Positions 31,001 through 40,909 of a stretch of 64,000 nucleotides of DNA are shown in pieces. Position 1 is the stretch's first letter; the number at the start of each line of letters is the position of its first letter. The notes below the pieces were generated by a model, which was given only the letters and a program-made list of their open reading frames with translations, had not been told where the DNA came from and did not search any database. The stretch lies in the NCBI GenBank assembly GCA_964035575.1, contig OZ037842.1, positions 744,001-808,000 on the forward strand, read 5' to 3'. The translations under genes were made by a program, and so were the position numbers. Source of the DNA: Rhynchopus sp. YZ270_cl-10 (lineage: Eukaryota).

Positions 31001-32472
31001 TTGAAGGCAGGTGTGTCCGAGGCACTGAACGCTGCTGCGTGGATCGCTGACATATTTGTTTCGGGTGCAGCAGCGTTCTTTGCTGCCCTCGTCTTGCCCG
31101 TTACGCGCAGCTTTTTGTCGATGCGCTCGTCCCTGCAGTAGCACACAAGCTGGACGGTGTAGTTCGTGAGCGACTGCAGGCCTTCGAAGAGACAGTGCCG
31201 TGCATCGGGGCCGAGCTGCTTGCGCTCTATGTAGAAGAGCCCTGCCTCGTCCTCTGTGCGCAGCTCCTTGAGGAGCGAGCTGATGCGGTTCTCGAGGTCG
31301 AGGCGGTTCAGCCGCTTCAGGTCTGGGTCTACAGACCGCATGCTCGCATCCGCCGAGCGTGGCGAGTCGGGCACGTCGCCCCGCACCCTGGGGGCTGGTG
31401 TGTCCTCATCCGAGTCGAGGGTGTTCGAGCTTGACGACATCTCTTCGTCCTCCAACGCAAGCGCCTCCTCCAGGTCACGCAGCTGTGCTTCCTTGCGTGA
31501 CTTCAGCCCAGGGTTCTGCGACCAATGCCCCATCACTGCCAAGAAGAAGATCGACACACCTAGGTCCATCGGGGACGGCTCGCGGAACGACTCAGGCACA
31601 ATCCTGGTAACAGCCGAGTCGTGCCCCCAACCTGCTGCGAGGCTCGTACTGCCTCTCCAGAGAATCTTAAAGTTGAGTGGTCCATGCGTCACGAAGGATG
31701 CGTACGAGCTGTGCAGGCCGACCAACGAATCGCAGTCCAATGCTGCCGCAAGATCCTTTGGCAGCACATCCAACGAGCGCAGACGGATCACATACTCTGT
31801 GTCAGGCGCGAGCCCCGTTGCTACAATGGGTGTGGACGACGACGCCACAACCTTCAGCGACTCTTTGTCCGGCTCCCACGACGTCCCCCACGCACGCACC
31901 TGCTGTATATGCATCTCCGCTGTCTCCTGAGCATCAAGCGGTGTATGGACAAGACCGCTATCCTTCACAGATTGCCCCTCTTTCGCATGAATCCAATTCA
32001 AACGCACAAAGTCTTCACCTAGCCCGCAGATGCGATGCAGCTTTACGCATTCCTTTGTCACAAATTTGCATTTTGCACATTCCGATTCCCCCCAGGTTGC
32101 TGAGAAGGAGTAGGGGGTGCCGGGTTGGAGACCGGCTTCGAGACGGATTCCTTTTTGTGACTTAAATTCGCGGTGGAGGGGTCGATCGGTTTGTGGCGAT
32201 TCAATGAGGACTGTGCAGGGGATGCGTACAGAGAGCACGACAGCGACTTCTCCGAGGTGGGCTATATCGAGAGCCTCGCATGACCAGAGCGCGGTGAAGC
32301 ATTCAGGGGGCTCTTGCGCTGCACTGTTGCACACCTCGCTTCGCCATTCAATCGCCTCTGCAGGCTGCTCTTCAGGAGGAAATGTTGGGTCCCCAAAGTG
32401 AAACGCCTCCTCTGGCACTGCTTCTATTCGTTCGGGTCGTATAGAAAAGCTCAATAATTCCATACTATTCAT
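25057..32472 (-). CDS. Giant (2471 aa) fibronectin type III repeat protein
   Basis: Recurring W...L.P.T.Y.V.VR...W..WS...F.T FN3 pattern (e.g. GLAPDTEYVIRLR, LVPENNYRVKVR, LNIGESYKVKVR); no evident signal peptide or TM. Confidence 0.85.
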   Translation of the reverse strand: MNSMELLSFSIRPERIEAVPEEAFHFGDPTFPPEEQPAEAIEWRSEVCNSAAQEPPECFTALWSCEALDIAHLGEVAVVLSVRIPCTVLIESPQTDRPLHREFKSQKGIRLEAGLQPGTPYSFSATWGESECAKCKFVTKECVKLHRICGLGEDFVRLNWIHAKEGQSVKDSGLVHTPLDAQETAEMHIQQVRAWGTSWEPDKESLKVVASSSTPIVATGLAPDTEYVIRLRSLDVLPKDLAAALDCDSLVGLHSSYASFVTHGPLNFKILWRGSTSLAAGWGHDSAVTRIVPESFREPSPMDLGVSIFFLAVMGHWSQNPGLKSRKEAQLRDLEEALALEDEEMSSSSNTLDSDEDTPAPRVRGDVPDSPRSADASMRSVDPDLKRLNRLDLENRISSLLKELRTEDEAGLFYIERKQLGPDARHCLFEGLQSLTNYTVQLVCYCRDERIDKKLRVTGKTRAAKNAAAPETNMSAIHAAAFSASDTPAFNPFEPVAADEATAQKTASDHEDEQEEAESDPTEDVNPAEYLSVVSLQETAVRISWSNVDMEEFARLQAISTAFSEWNRLGAPPCGDKEYADSQRQLTALESKMQVLQKLKEKNTKIPYLIKTLKLDLGVSEAPDNWADEERVKTFERESSGLLQHMESEYITSPLSASPLTPTEEQVVIEVTTSSYATLVASLEPGSRYAICIRCKRPVVGWMPFSEVTYFTTPSPPSLHVTHLQLSPFDIRDFYVLPVQTALQKEEQRCKKGGHLRLHTFRCYEEVRYQVKLHSNEGQSRTVVCSTQDYVKKTSESGEEENLGFRLTLFEPGMYTGFKIRMCLPGRHKSDLHDGEWGSWSEHHYIASRYNQLSVRDVGNGGFSLQWDVNSERRTATDSYRPMLSSILTAGSSSKTIATWSPEAKTSTLNTHTLEGLPYDRYRAFMVLTEYCYLDKDCASQVVSWSWSERFAAVALVRRFDPVMYKVGEEFAEIVCVQMEASETDRADTAAPADIDIGVLTPSEAATHLRYVELHEAGRKDASDEGETGAKDIKLFEVSLVNVTKHDSAPTITAFAPTSMLSGVVNGLLPQCEYTLALRPQLVNGDRFHWGQWSRTVHFRTLGYLCLDLKGVGEDFLSVSWLRPYPYPHVDPAASDEGHSERIFSQSRNVPHDMAELTKYLDKTYDFHHEYELSLLENYFSKGTQPFAGGVQRPSSVIKPPHDRQHTFENLKPGFRYKVKVRQAVALADAHKRDAEKDKKAKKDKDKEEKEKEKERTEGEDIYGEPSNCLAIWTAPSLVVTIGDVGEDSCKISVPKASSIVHMLERQFPTQDDDISHTTTVLQLSDTCVTSFQLRIIPYYSATKKYILHNPVLPPPGANKGTPLQQQELAWRHKIEAGAPIINTAVAQQTPNAADTPPTSSATPPMHLTYDCSDEVYPPYYEEECRVSRLPLEGSGRSGYDGSITANLLPSNDSTFILYDLDPHSTYGVSMRRIIDGECRGKWSPVLPLVTQGLIGTTLGMVSETYAAISWERRAEENPQIAPEEYASSMSKVASWQLAITGKLSSSEADVLSSFSKDIVMKESLITLPASATSHIFPQLVPENNYRVKVRSHHHTTSREGAWSRWSGVIHFTTKPPLMLVFTVVGSTYCCLSCFRKQKEVSERGTDEEEEEEDEEGEEKGHESEPTPSEPEEPEEDTETFEVRVFDHADEGWSQYQTTNDQSCIPATSTAPITISASTVGCVQKNVVRGLSSGRRYTAIARIVPSEDMKYTWDRWSVLGNFETLPPLEAKVLTAAEEYAVVEVARLRSLSTVLTYTLAVNEWVAPDKLRINPTSSTRLLIQGLTLNQLYVLKVSELIHKGNTTEDPEAVGLGPSQEWAKWQDLLVVSTTPQRPTAPVLYEHRDSNVSFFWKLESPWDIGARQTSFTDMYRRKREDDAYDALQIEAADVSGVEEAVKTPAPPSSDPALAPATEPEPETEERPIIIEEDVNDIPVAVKKWLRSPSGSELNVKPPTDYFSQLDEAPTPQPPKVRVKTAPVPEAAAEEEEEHVASEVAPSIISFSSLEDTSQYGLPAFREYAKRHLGTVIDDMNDGKRPTNPALSKLAATCSLVIQYTQAQQMPNSFGPQPPPAPCASALTNSSLYRYVLEAARREQEGKDRSGVCIGSFKPLIEVSQPFARIKLHDSVSIESYFFRLRTVCSTNITDPITGNPVDLSSRPSPIFSFNTPPPPRVPTGLILSDMLHTTALLKWSPPADVGLHNQVHYSVMLLNISGFQAELETWTEIARVRINGYFLTNLNIGESYKVKVRCCSAFGKSAYSNALSFSTLKTAGMQVTERTGFAASCRNLNDPRAVWRRHDYNWVFPSPTALDSTPLPFHSPFHLYKEGIPQLYCSSERARWNASVTVPLFIKNPQEPHGTFYPRSQNLLHRATSLCTSLKGEGEGGEEEEMVRETFTRPTTSMGVRPQSVQRNIPQRPSSAGAGHSRKRNGVR

Positions 32473-33025
32473 TGTGCTCTATCAGCATTATTTTTTTTGA
32501 AGAAGAAAAACAATTGAAAGGTTGTAGAGCACAGCACAGAGCACAGTGAATAAAGATAGGAGAATGGAGAAAAGAGAGAAGAATTTCTGTTGGAGATATG
32601 CGGAAAAAGGGTAGGAGGAGGAGGAGGAGGAGGAGGAGGGGAGGAGAAGTGGAGGGGGGGAAAATGTTGAGGGGGAGGGAGGGGGGGGGTGTTACTTTGT
32701 CTTTTTTTTCTGTCTCACTGGAAATAAATGGTAGGTGATTGATGCAGGCACCACCTAAATTAGCAGGCTGTTGGGAGGTGTTGGGGGGTGTTGGGGGGCG
32801 TGGGGAGGCGTTGGGAGGTGTTGGGAGGCGTTGGGATCTGTTGGGTGCGTTGGGGGGTGTTGGGAGGTGAGACACCTTTTTCCCCCCTGGCGTGAGCTTT
32901 TTTCCCGTTGGTGAAGCTTTTAAACACCTGCATTTGCATTTCCGGAATCCGTCCGCGCTGTGGTGGGGTCAATTTGCCGAAATGGACAAGTTCTGAGTAC
33001 ATACGTGATCAATTTTCTCACACTG

Positions 33026-33487
33026 CACAGTATACACAGTATACACAGTATACACAGTATACACAGTATACACAGTATACACAGTATACACAGTATACAC
33101 AGTATACACAGTATACACAGTATACACAGTATACACAGTATACACAGTATACACAGTATACACAGTATACACAGTATACACAGTATACACAGTATACACA
33201 GTATACACAGTATACACAGTATACACAGTATACACAGTATACACAGTATACACAGTATACACAGTATACACAGTATACACAGTATACACAGTATACACAG
33301 TATACACAGTATACACAGTATACACAGTATACACAGTATACACAGTATACACAGTATACACAGTATACACAGTATACACAGTATACACAGTATACACAGT
33401 ATACACAGTATACACAGTATACACAGTATACACAGTATACACAGTATACACAGTATACACAGTATACACAGTATACACAGTATACAC
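33026..33487 (+). repeat. 9-bp satellite (CACAGTATA)n, about 51 copies
   Basis: Perfect tandem array. Confidence 0.97.
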
Positions 33488-33514
33488 GGGGGATTGGGAG
33501 TACAGTACAGTATG

Positions 33515-34053
33515 CACAGTACCTACAGTACCTACAGTACCTACAGTACCTACAGTACCTACAGTACCTACAGTACCTACAGTACCTACAGTACCTACAG
33601 TACCTACAGTACCTACAGTACCTACAGTACCTACAGTACCTACAGTACCTACAGTACCTACAGTACCTACAGTACCTACAGTACCTACAGTACCTACAGT
33701 ACCTACAGTACCTACAGTACCTACAGTACCTACAGTACCTACAGTACCTACAGTACCTACAGTACCTACAGTACCTACAGTACCTACAGTACCTACAGTA
33801 CCTACAGTACCTACAGTACCTACAGTACCTACAGTACCTACAGTACCTACAGTACCTACAGTACCTACAGTACCTACAGTACCTACAGTACCTACAGTAC
33901 CTACAGTACCTACAGTACCTACAGTACCTACAGTACCTACAGTACCTACAGTACCTACAGTACCTACAGTACCTACAGTACCTACAGTACCTACAGTACC
34001 TACAGTACCTACAGTACCTACAGTACCTACAGTACCTACAGTACCTACAGTAC
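33515..34053 (+). repeat. 9-bp satellite (TACAGTACC)n, about 59-60 copies
   Basis: Perfect tandem array. Confidence 0.97.
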
Positions 34054-35129
34054 AATACGAAATAGAGGGACTTCACCTTCCAACACCGGCAAACATGATC
34101 AAAATCAGGTGGAATATACAACATGTAGCGCCGCAGGCGCACAGCGTCCAACTTTTTCTCCCTTTTGAGGGTGTCTAAATTTATACATTTTTAGCCTTTT
34201 TCGCTAATTTCCACTTTGCCTTTTCCACTTTTTGTTTTTTTTTACTTGGAACCGGGACCCCACCCTGGAACCCCTCCAGAAAGTGGTAGCAGAACACCCC
34301 CTATAAAAAAAAAATCCCAAAATTCGGGCTAAATTAGCAGGGTGTTGGGGGGTGTTGGGGGGTGTGGGGAGGTGTGGGGAGGTGTTGGGGGGTGTTGGCG
34401 GGCGTTGGGTGGGGCTGCTATTTTTTGCAATTCAGGTGGAGGCACACCTCCAATTCACCCCAAAAGAAAGCATTTTTTTCCCCCGCACCTCCCTTTTCGA
34501 AGTTGAAAAGAGAGAGAAAAATGGGGTTATTTTTGAGAGGTAGAGTATCGAATATGAGTGTTTGTTTTTTTTTGTTTGCCCAGAGCTTTCTTGACTGTAG
34601 AAAAAACAAAAGAAATTTTGTAAGATGAATGTGCCTCTCGTGCACATAACATCTCACAAATTTTTCAAAGGTTTGATCGTAGTAAAAGAGAGTGGGCTTG
34701 CCATATAGGCGCAGTATTCTCTCCCTCTGCATTTTTTTTAAATAATCTGTTTGGTTGAGTGCTTATCCAGAAAACCCGGAAAAGCTTTTTATTTTGAAAA
34801 AATCGTTTCACCGTCAAAAAATAAGCAAAAAAAAAAAAAAACACACAGAGTGGTTTCACTCTTCTCATTTTTTTCCTCTATTTTTCGCCGCAGTGCAAAA
34901 TAAACTGAAACAAAACATCGAAAAAAGAAAGAAATAAACGAAGTCGTCTTTCCTCACCTTGAAAAACTGATAAACAGGGCTGACACCGATACCAGTATGT
35001 CGTCCAAAAAAGCCCCTATGGAAGGAAGGCTGTGGAACGCAAGGTCAACTAAAAAGAGCGTTTTTTCTTCTTTTGAGATAACATCTCTTCTGGCTGCATG
35101 GCTGTATTTTCAAAAAAAAAAAAATAGTT

Positions 35130-35168
<39 letters not shown>

Positions 35169-35822
35169 GGAACAAAGGCTCGCTACACAATAAAAAAGGG
35201 GGGATGTAATAAATATTCAGGACGAAGCTTGATTTGTGCGGTTACGCCTTTTCTGACGCAAAAATGCTGCCAACTGTCCGAGAGCGATGTCAAATTGCCT
35301 TGTTCGCACAACACAAAAAAAAAATATGAAATACTCGAATAAAAAAAACAAAGGCGGGGAAGGGGACCATAGCTTTGGACCACAGGATCCGAACTTCAAT
35401 CAAATGAGACCTGGGCCTATATAGGGGGTTTTCATGCCCTCTCTTGCCCAAACAGAACAAAGAAAAATTTACAAGATGAACTAAGTCTCACACACTTCCC
35501 ACCTTTAACAAAAACTAAGAGCTACACGGGGGGAGAAATGGGGTGGGCAAAAAAAAAACAAAAAAACAGCGCCCTGTGATGAACCTCGCTTTGAGGGTTC
35601 GAGCGGGGTCCAAAAAATAAGGCAAGGGGAGTCCAACGGGGCTGCACTGCCATATTAATGGGGAGATGGACACTGTCTATGCTCCTCTGACCAAGAGCGA
35701 GAACCCTGCCTCTCTACCTGGTGATGTGAAACCGCCCTTGAACGCGAGGTTTTCCAGAGCCAAGTGTCTTGCACTAAACCCAGGCAGGTGGTAATTGCTA
35801 CACCTCGTGGAATTGCTTTTAT

Positions 35823-35948
35823 CATGGTTTGCAGTCAGTCTGAGTCAGACTGATTTTTGGGCCAGGCCGAGGATCGGACTCCTCTCCGACTCGAGTGCAA
35901 AAGGAATGCGAAATGAGTCAGTCTGACTCAGCCTGACTACAAACCATG
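35823..35948. mobile_element. Small MITE
   Basis: 31-bp TIR CATGGTTTGYAGTCAGKCTGAGTCAGACTGA (2 mismatches); TTTTAT on both sides. Confidence 0.75.
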
Positions 35949-36761
35949 TTTTATTGGAGTATTGACCTTTTTTTGAAAACTTGGTTGTAACAGTGTAACC
36001 CCGATGAGCTCCCACTATAGTTTTTTTTTCCTCCCCAGGAAACTATTGGTGAGTTGCAAACGATAAAAAGTCAGTATTGTGACATCACTTTTATGAGTAA
36101 AAATGTCGACCGAAGCCTTTGTACTGCAGAAGGGTTTTTGTTGTATCAGATTGTCCCAACCCTTCAGAGCAACTCATTTCTTCACATTTCTTCACATTTC
36201 TTTTTTCTTTTTTGAAAGATGGAATTTGTCTGTCGACATCTTATTTTATGTTTTTTTTTTGGGTGTGTATTATTTGAGTAATCGACGAAATGTGTAGCAC
36301 ATGTCGAAACTAAAACTGGGGGCAAATATTTTTCCTTTTGGGAGGGGATTTGGGTAGTGGTGTGGTGTGGTTTAAACAAACACAAAAACAAGAGCGAAAA
36401 AAACAGGGGGAAAAAAAACAAATGCCATTTAGTGCAGACACCTCGGTAACAACAGTATACATTGGATAAGGTGGCCATAGCACCTTAAACATAACCTTTG
36501 CAAGATGAGGGGGGTTTGCGGGTTTGCCACCCTGGCACAAAATACATCTGGAATAAACTCAGTTAGGGGCGTTGCAAGCAGGGAACTTTATTTGAGTCAT
36601 AAAGTGAGAAGCAGAGTACATGAAAAAAACCCAAAAGAAAAAAGAGTGCAAACGCTCCACCGGACATAGGTGGACGCACCAGGGGGGGAAAACGATAAAA
36701 ATTAAAAACAAATTATTTGGTGCCGGGGGGGAGAGGTGGTGCATTCACGATGGACTTAAGT

Positions 36762-36883
36762 CAGGGGTACTACTAGTGGAACTACTAGTCGCAACGATTA
36801 GTTGTACTAATGATATTGTAAAACTAGTCGTAAACCACTAGTCATTTGAACTGTGAGTGGTAGCACTACTAGTAGTCCCCCTG
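36762..36883. mobile_element. Small MITE-like element
   Basis: Inverted ends CAGGGGKACTACTAGT; internal ACTAGT repeats; no clear TSD. Confidence 0.55.
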
Positions 36884-37891
36884 GCTAGTTCGCCGTGTTC
36901 ACTAGTCTCCATAAATAAAAAAAAAAAGGTAATACACAAGTAACAATAAAAAAATACCATAGGGATACATTGAGATCATCTCAGATTGTCTCCTAACGTA
37001 CATACATTTGGAGTACACATGGGGGAGAAAATAACGCCCCCATTTTTTTTTTTTTTGATGATCGTTGTGCAGTGTAGCTGCCCGTCTGCACTGTCCAAAA
37101 ATACAGAAAAATAAAAGAAAATGAAAAAGGTACACCCCCCTCAAAGACGGCAAAAAAAAATAAGGTTGCAGAGATGAATACGCGTACGTACGCATCTTTT
37201 CCCAGCGTTATCGAGGAAAGATGTTCGGAGATTGGGGTAAAGATCTTCAAGAAGAAAAACAAAAACAAAAACAAAATAAACACAGATCTCAAAGTAATAG
37301 GAAGAGAGGGAAAAAAAAAACATTTTTGCACCCCCAAATCTTCATCTTCTTGAACGAGATGTTGACAATTTGTGTGTGTGTTTTTTTTTGTTTGGTTCTT
37401 TTCGATTTTTTTTGAGTAATCTGTTGGAAGCTATAGTTGCCACATCAGTCTGCGCTGCCCCGGTTTTGCTCTCAGGTGCTATGGGGTCCATTGGATTTAC
37501 TGCACACGCACATTCCCTCCAGTCCCTCCATTCCCTCGGCTGGCGAAGAGGCGTCGTTCTGCCGGATTTTTTGTTGTTTTTTTTTGAGGCTTGAACTCGA
37601 AAAATGTGCTGTGTGTGGTGAAAACCCACAAAAAAACCCCCAAAAGGGGGTTTTTTTGGCTCGGCGCGCTTTTTTTGGGGTTCTTTTCAACTCTTTGGAA
37701 AAATTTCGGAAAATACCCTGACACACACACACGTTATTCTGCGCAAGAATTACCCCTATTAGTTATCAAACACACACGAAAAATGTCAAGATAAAAAAGA
37801 ATCTTGGAAAAAAAAAAACACAAAAACCCCTTCTTGAAGATCTGAATAATACCGTTAGCCTCCAACGTTTGTTTGTTTTTTTTTTTTTTAT

Positions 37892-38107
37892 TTAGAGAGT
37901 TCCTGACGTAGCAGCAGGAGAGTACTGGCTCTGAAGGAAGGGTAACTCGTTGGTTTGAACGTTGCTAAACTCTTGCCCGTTCTCGGAGTAGTTCATCGAC
38001 ATACGTGGCTGTGGGTAGATAAACTCATTCTTGACACGAAGCGCGCCCATAATCGCTCCCACTGTCAGAAGCACAATACCAACGATGTAAGGAAGAGGAC
38101 CGCCCAT
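37892..38107 (-). CDS. Small (71 aa) single-TM protein
   Basis: GC-rich island in AT-rich DNA; MGGPLPYIVGIVLLTVGAIMGAL hydrophobic helix. Confidence 0.6.
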   Translation of the reverse strand: MGGPLPYIVGIVLLTVGAIMGALRVKNEFIYPQPRMSMNYSENGQEFSNVQTNELPFLQSQYSPAATSGTL

Positions 38108-38902
38108 TGTGTGATTGTTTTGTGGTCTTTTTTTTGTTGTCAAAAACCTGTACAGTTGTGTCATAGAGTGGTGGTTTGAGCAATGAAAGTGTGAAAATCA
38201 AAATCGATGGGGGGGGCTAGGGTTCGTTTATTTTGAAAACAGCATTTTTAAATCCTGCAAAAAAGGCGCGTAAAAGTCTACAATTTACAAACGTTACAAA
38301 AAAAAGCGGGAATAATGGGGGATGGGGGAGATCTAGAAAATTAACAACGGGGGAAGGGAGGGAGTTTTTTGACAAAAGAAAAAGAGAATTGTTGATACAG
38401 GCACCTCCCGACTGACCCACGATGCCAGTCCCAGATGAAAGCATAAGTACCCTGCGGACAACAGAAAGGTGTAAAAAAGAAACCTAAAATGAAAAAATGA
38501 AAAAAAACAGCGTCGTTTTGAGGCAAGAAGCATCAGTGTGCAGGTGAAAGAACGGCGCTGGGGCTTTAACAATTATGGCAAAGAGGGGGAAAATTGGCGG
38601 GTGCCTTTTTTAGAAGCTTTCGCAATGACAGGGGCTTGCTTCTGGACACATTTTGCAAAGAATACCCAACGAAGAAAAAAGATAAGATGAACCGAAGCCT
38701 GTCATTGCTATGGCATCTTTGATTACAAAAGTACATGTATACTAAATTACGGTACTCCAAGAAACTTAAACATATTTGGAGCACTGTAAAGCAAAAAGAT
38801 GGACACACATCTTCTATTTTATTTAAAACTCCGCGAAGGCGGGCGGGAGGGAGCATGACAATAAGATCTAAGGTGAACGCATCAACTCTTTTGTTCCACA
38901 TT

Positions 38903-40909
38903 TCACAGCACGAAGGATGCGAGAACACCCAAGACAAGCCCGGTCGTGATTTGCGCAATCTCGGACGTGCTTGCAGCTTTCCCGTTTCCTGTCGAACGCA
39001 CGGATTGGATAAAAAAATGGAGGAACGCGAGTTGCTCGCTTCTCGACACTGCTGCCAAGGTCACTACCGTTTTTTCTGTTGACATCCGAGAGAATGCTAC
39101 GGACAGTGCGTCTGCTGCACGTCTACCTACGGGGAGGACACCACCACGGGCACCCACACTGAACCTGGTCACCATGTGGCACATGGCAGCATAGGAGAGC
39201 AAGAAGGACACAACTGCCGTCGACCCTGCCTGGCCTGTGTGCCGCAGCTTCCGTCTGCGCTTCCCGAAACACTTTACGCAGAGCCCCACTGCAAGCAGAC
39301 AGCATACGAAAGACGTAGGTTGCGACAGATACTCCGATACACACAGCGCCGCCGAGAGCGGCTCTGCAGCCCACAGCACGAAGACAACGTCGATGAAGAA
39401 CTGCAGCGTGTCGCCTGCAGACACCGCGTGCAGCAGTGTGTCGCACCCTGGGAAAGCTGGCAGACGTGAACTCAGCGACGTGGCAAGCAGGAACAACAAA
39501 CACATCACAACGGGCCAGTTTGGCTGCGGAATCCAAAGGTGGAGTATACCCACAAAACCCTGCATCGGCGAGTCAGGTGTGTTGTCCTTCCTGATAGTAC
39601 CATGAGAGAACAGGTAGTAGTCCTTATAAGTCACACGCCCGGTCCCCTTTTGCCACGGTGTCAGCACCGATCCGAAGAACCAACCATGCTCCTCACGGTT
39701 CACGGCGGTGATGTACGACCCGAATGAGTTTCTTGCGGGACGCGTTTGCAGGAGAAGCACACTGACTGCCACAAGACACATCACATACAGCCTGACGGTG
39801 TAGCCTGAGGGGAGCTGTGCCTGCAGGTCTCTCGCGCCTTTGAACTGCTGCAACTTTTCTTTGATGTTTTCTGCGAGACTTCTTTGGGTGGGCATCACTT
39901 CTGTTGGAGACGCTTCTAAGGCAATATCTTGGAACGTCGCGGTTACACTTGGCGAAAACGATGCCTGCGGGGGCACCCTACACGGCGCCACCGAGGCACG
40001 CTTTGGCGTACCCGGCCGCACCTTTGCTGGGGTCACCCTGCTGGACCTACGCACCTCCACTTCCTCTTCTTCCTCCTCCTCCTCTTCCTCCTCCTCCATC
40101 TCTACCTGCCTCCGACGCTCCCTCTCTCTCTCCCTCTCCCTCTCCACCCGCACGGGACGCTCTACACGAGGCTGCATCTTCACACAAACCACGTCAACTG
40201 GAAGCGGCTCTGCCCGCGACAGACACTGCCTTGGTGTATGCAGTGCACGCGACGACGCCAATGGCAGCTCCGCAGGCGTAGCTGGGGGGGCAGCAGTTCC
40301 TCCATACCCTTCTTCGTGCCCTTCCGAGGTATCAGTAAACTCTGACGTCACAGCGGTGCAGGAGGAGCTGGCAAGAGAAGAGCTCGACGCCACCGACGCC
40401 GTCGGGGACGTGGTCCGCCCTCTCCCACGCAGTCTCTTCGGCGCCACCACTGTATCACCGCCACTCAAAGATTCTAATGCACGGACCTGCTCCTTCATTT
40501 CGCTGATCCTCTGACTGATATCGCCCTGGGTCGACTTCATTGCCGCGTAGCTAGACACCGCCGCAGAGCTGGCCTGGGGTTGCGAAGTGAGGGGGGCCAT
40601 CTCTTCTCCTGACCATTCAGGGAAGAGCTCTCTGTCGCGCGGGGTGTTGAAGACTGACCGCACCTTCTCCCTTGCGTAGCGGTCTTCATCGTCCACGCCT
40701 TGGTACTTCTGAGGAAGGTGGTCGTAGTGGGAAGACCGCTGCTGCTGCTGCTGCTGCGGCTGGCGCGGCACTGCATCATGCATCTGAGGCACACACGACC
40801 TCCGCTGCTGCGTAGCCTTCATATGATACGAAACAGAACGTGGCGTATGCGGCGCAGGGGTCGACGCAGGACCCGACGCCCCTCTACTATAGCTGCGTTC
40901 CCCCCTCAT
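38903..40909 (-). CDS. Membrane protein with disordered N-terminal half and multi-TM, possibly rhomboid-like, C-terminal half
   Basis: Long ORF with several hydrophobic helices; may be spliced to an upstream exon at 42370-42600. Confidence 0.75.
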   Translation of the reverse strand: MRGERSYSRGASGPASTPAPHTPRSVSYHMKATQQRRSCVPQMHDAVPRQPQQQQQQRSSHYDHLPQKYQGVDDEDRYAREKVRSVFNTPRDRELFPEWSGEEMAPLTSQPQASSAAVSSYAAMKSTQGDISQRISEMKEQVRALESLSGGDTVVAPKRLRGRGRTTSPTASVASSSSLASSSCTAVTSEFTDTSEGHEEGYGGTAAPPATPAELPLASSRALHTPRQCLSRAEPLPVDVVCVKMQPRVERPVRVERERERERERRRQVEMEEEEEEEEEEEEVEVRRSSRVTPAKVRPGTPKRASVAPCRVPPQASFSPSVTATFQDIALEASPTEVMPTQRSLAENIKEKLQQFKGARDLQAQLPSGYTVRLYVMCLVAVSVLLLQTRPARNSFGSYITAVNREEHGWFFGSVLTPWQKGTGRVTYKDYYLFSHGTIRKDNTPDSPMQGFVGILHLWIPQPNWPVVMCLLFLLATSLSSRLPAFPGCDTLLHAVSAGDTLQFFIDVVFVLWAAEPLSAALCVSEYLSQPTSFVCCLLAVGLCVKCFGKRRRKLRHTGQAGSTAVVSFLLSYAAMCHMVTRFSVGARGGVLPVGRRAADALSVAFSRMSTEKTVVTLAAVSRSEQLAFLHFFIQSVRSTGNGKAASTSEIAQITTGLVLGVLASFVL

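Larger units (their letters stand above)
32755..34410. repeat. Direct repeats CTAAATTAGCAGG + (GGTGTTGGGR)n bracketing a satellite block
   Basis: Same motif starts at 32755 and 34329, each followed by G-rich 10-mers. Confidence 0.7.

Noticed and set aside
33026..34053. CRISPR-like array
   Set aside because: Pure tandem repeats with no unique spacers and no cas genes
32908..34168. Long ORFs (QYT)n, (HSI)n, (YCR)n, and similar ORFs at 57555-57938
   Set aside because: Stop-free translations of 9-bp satellites
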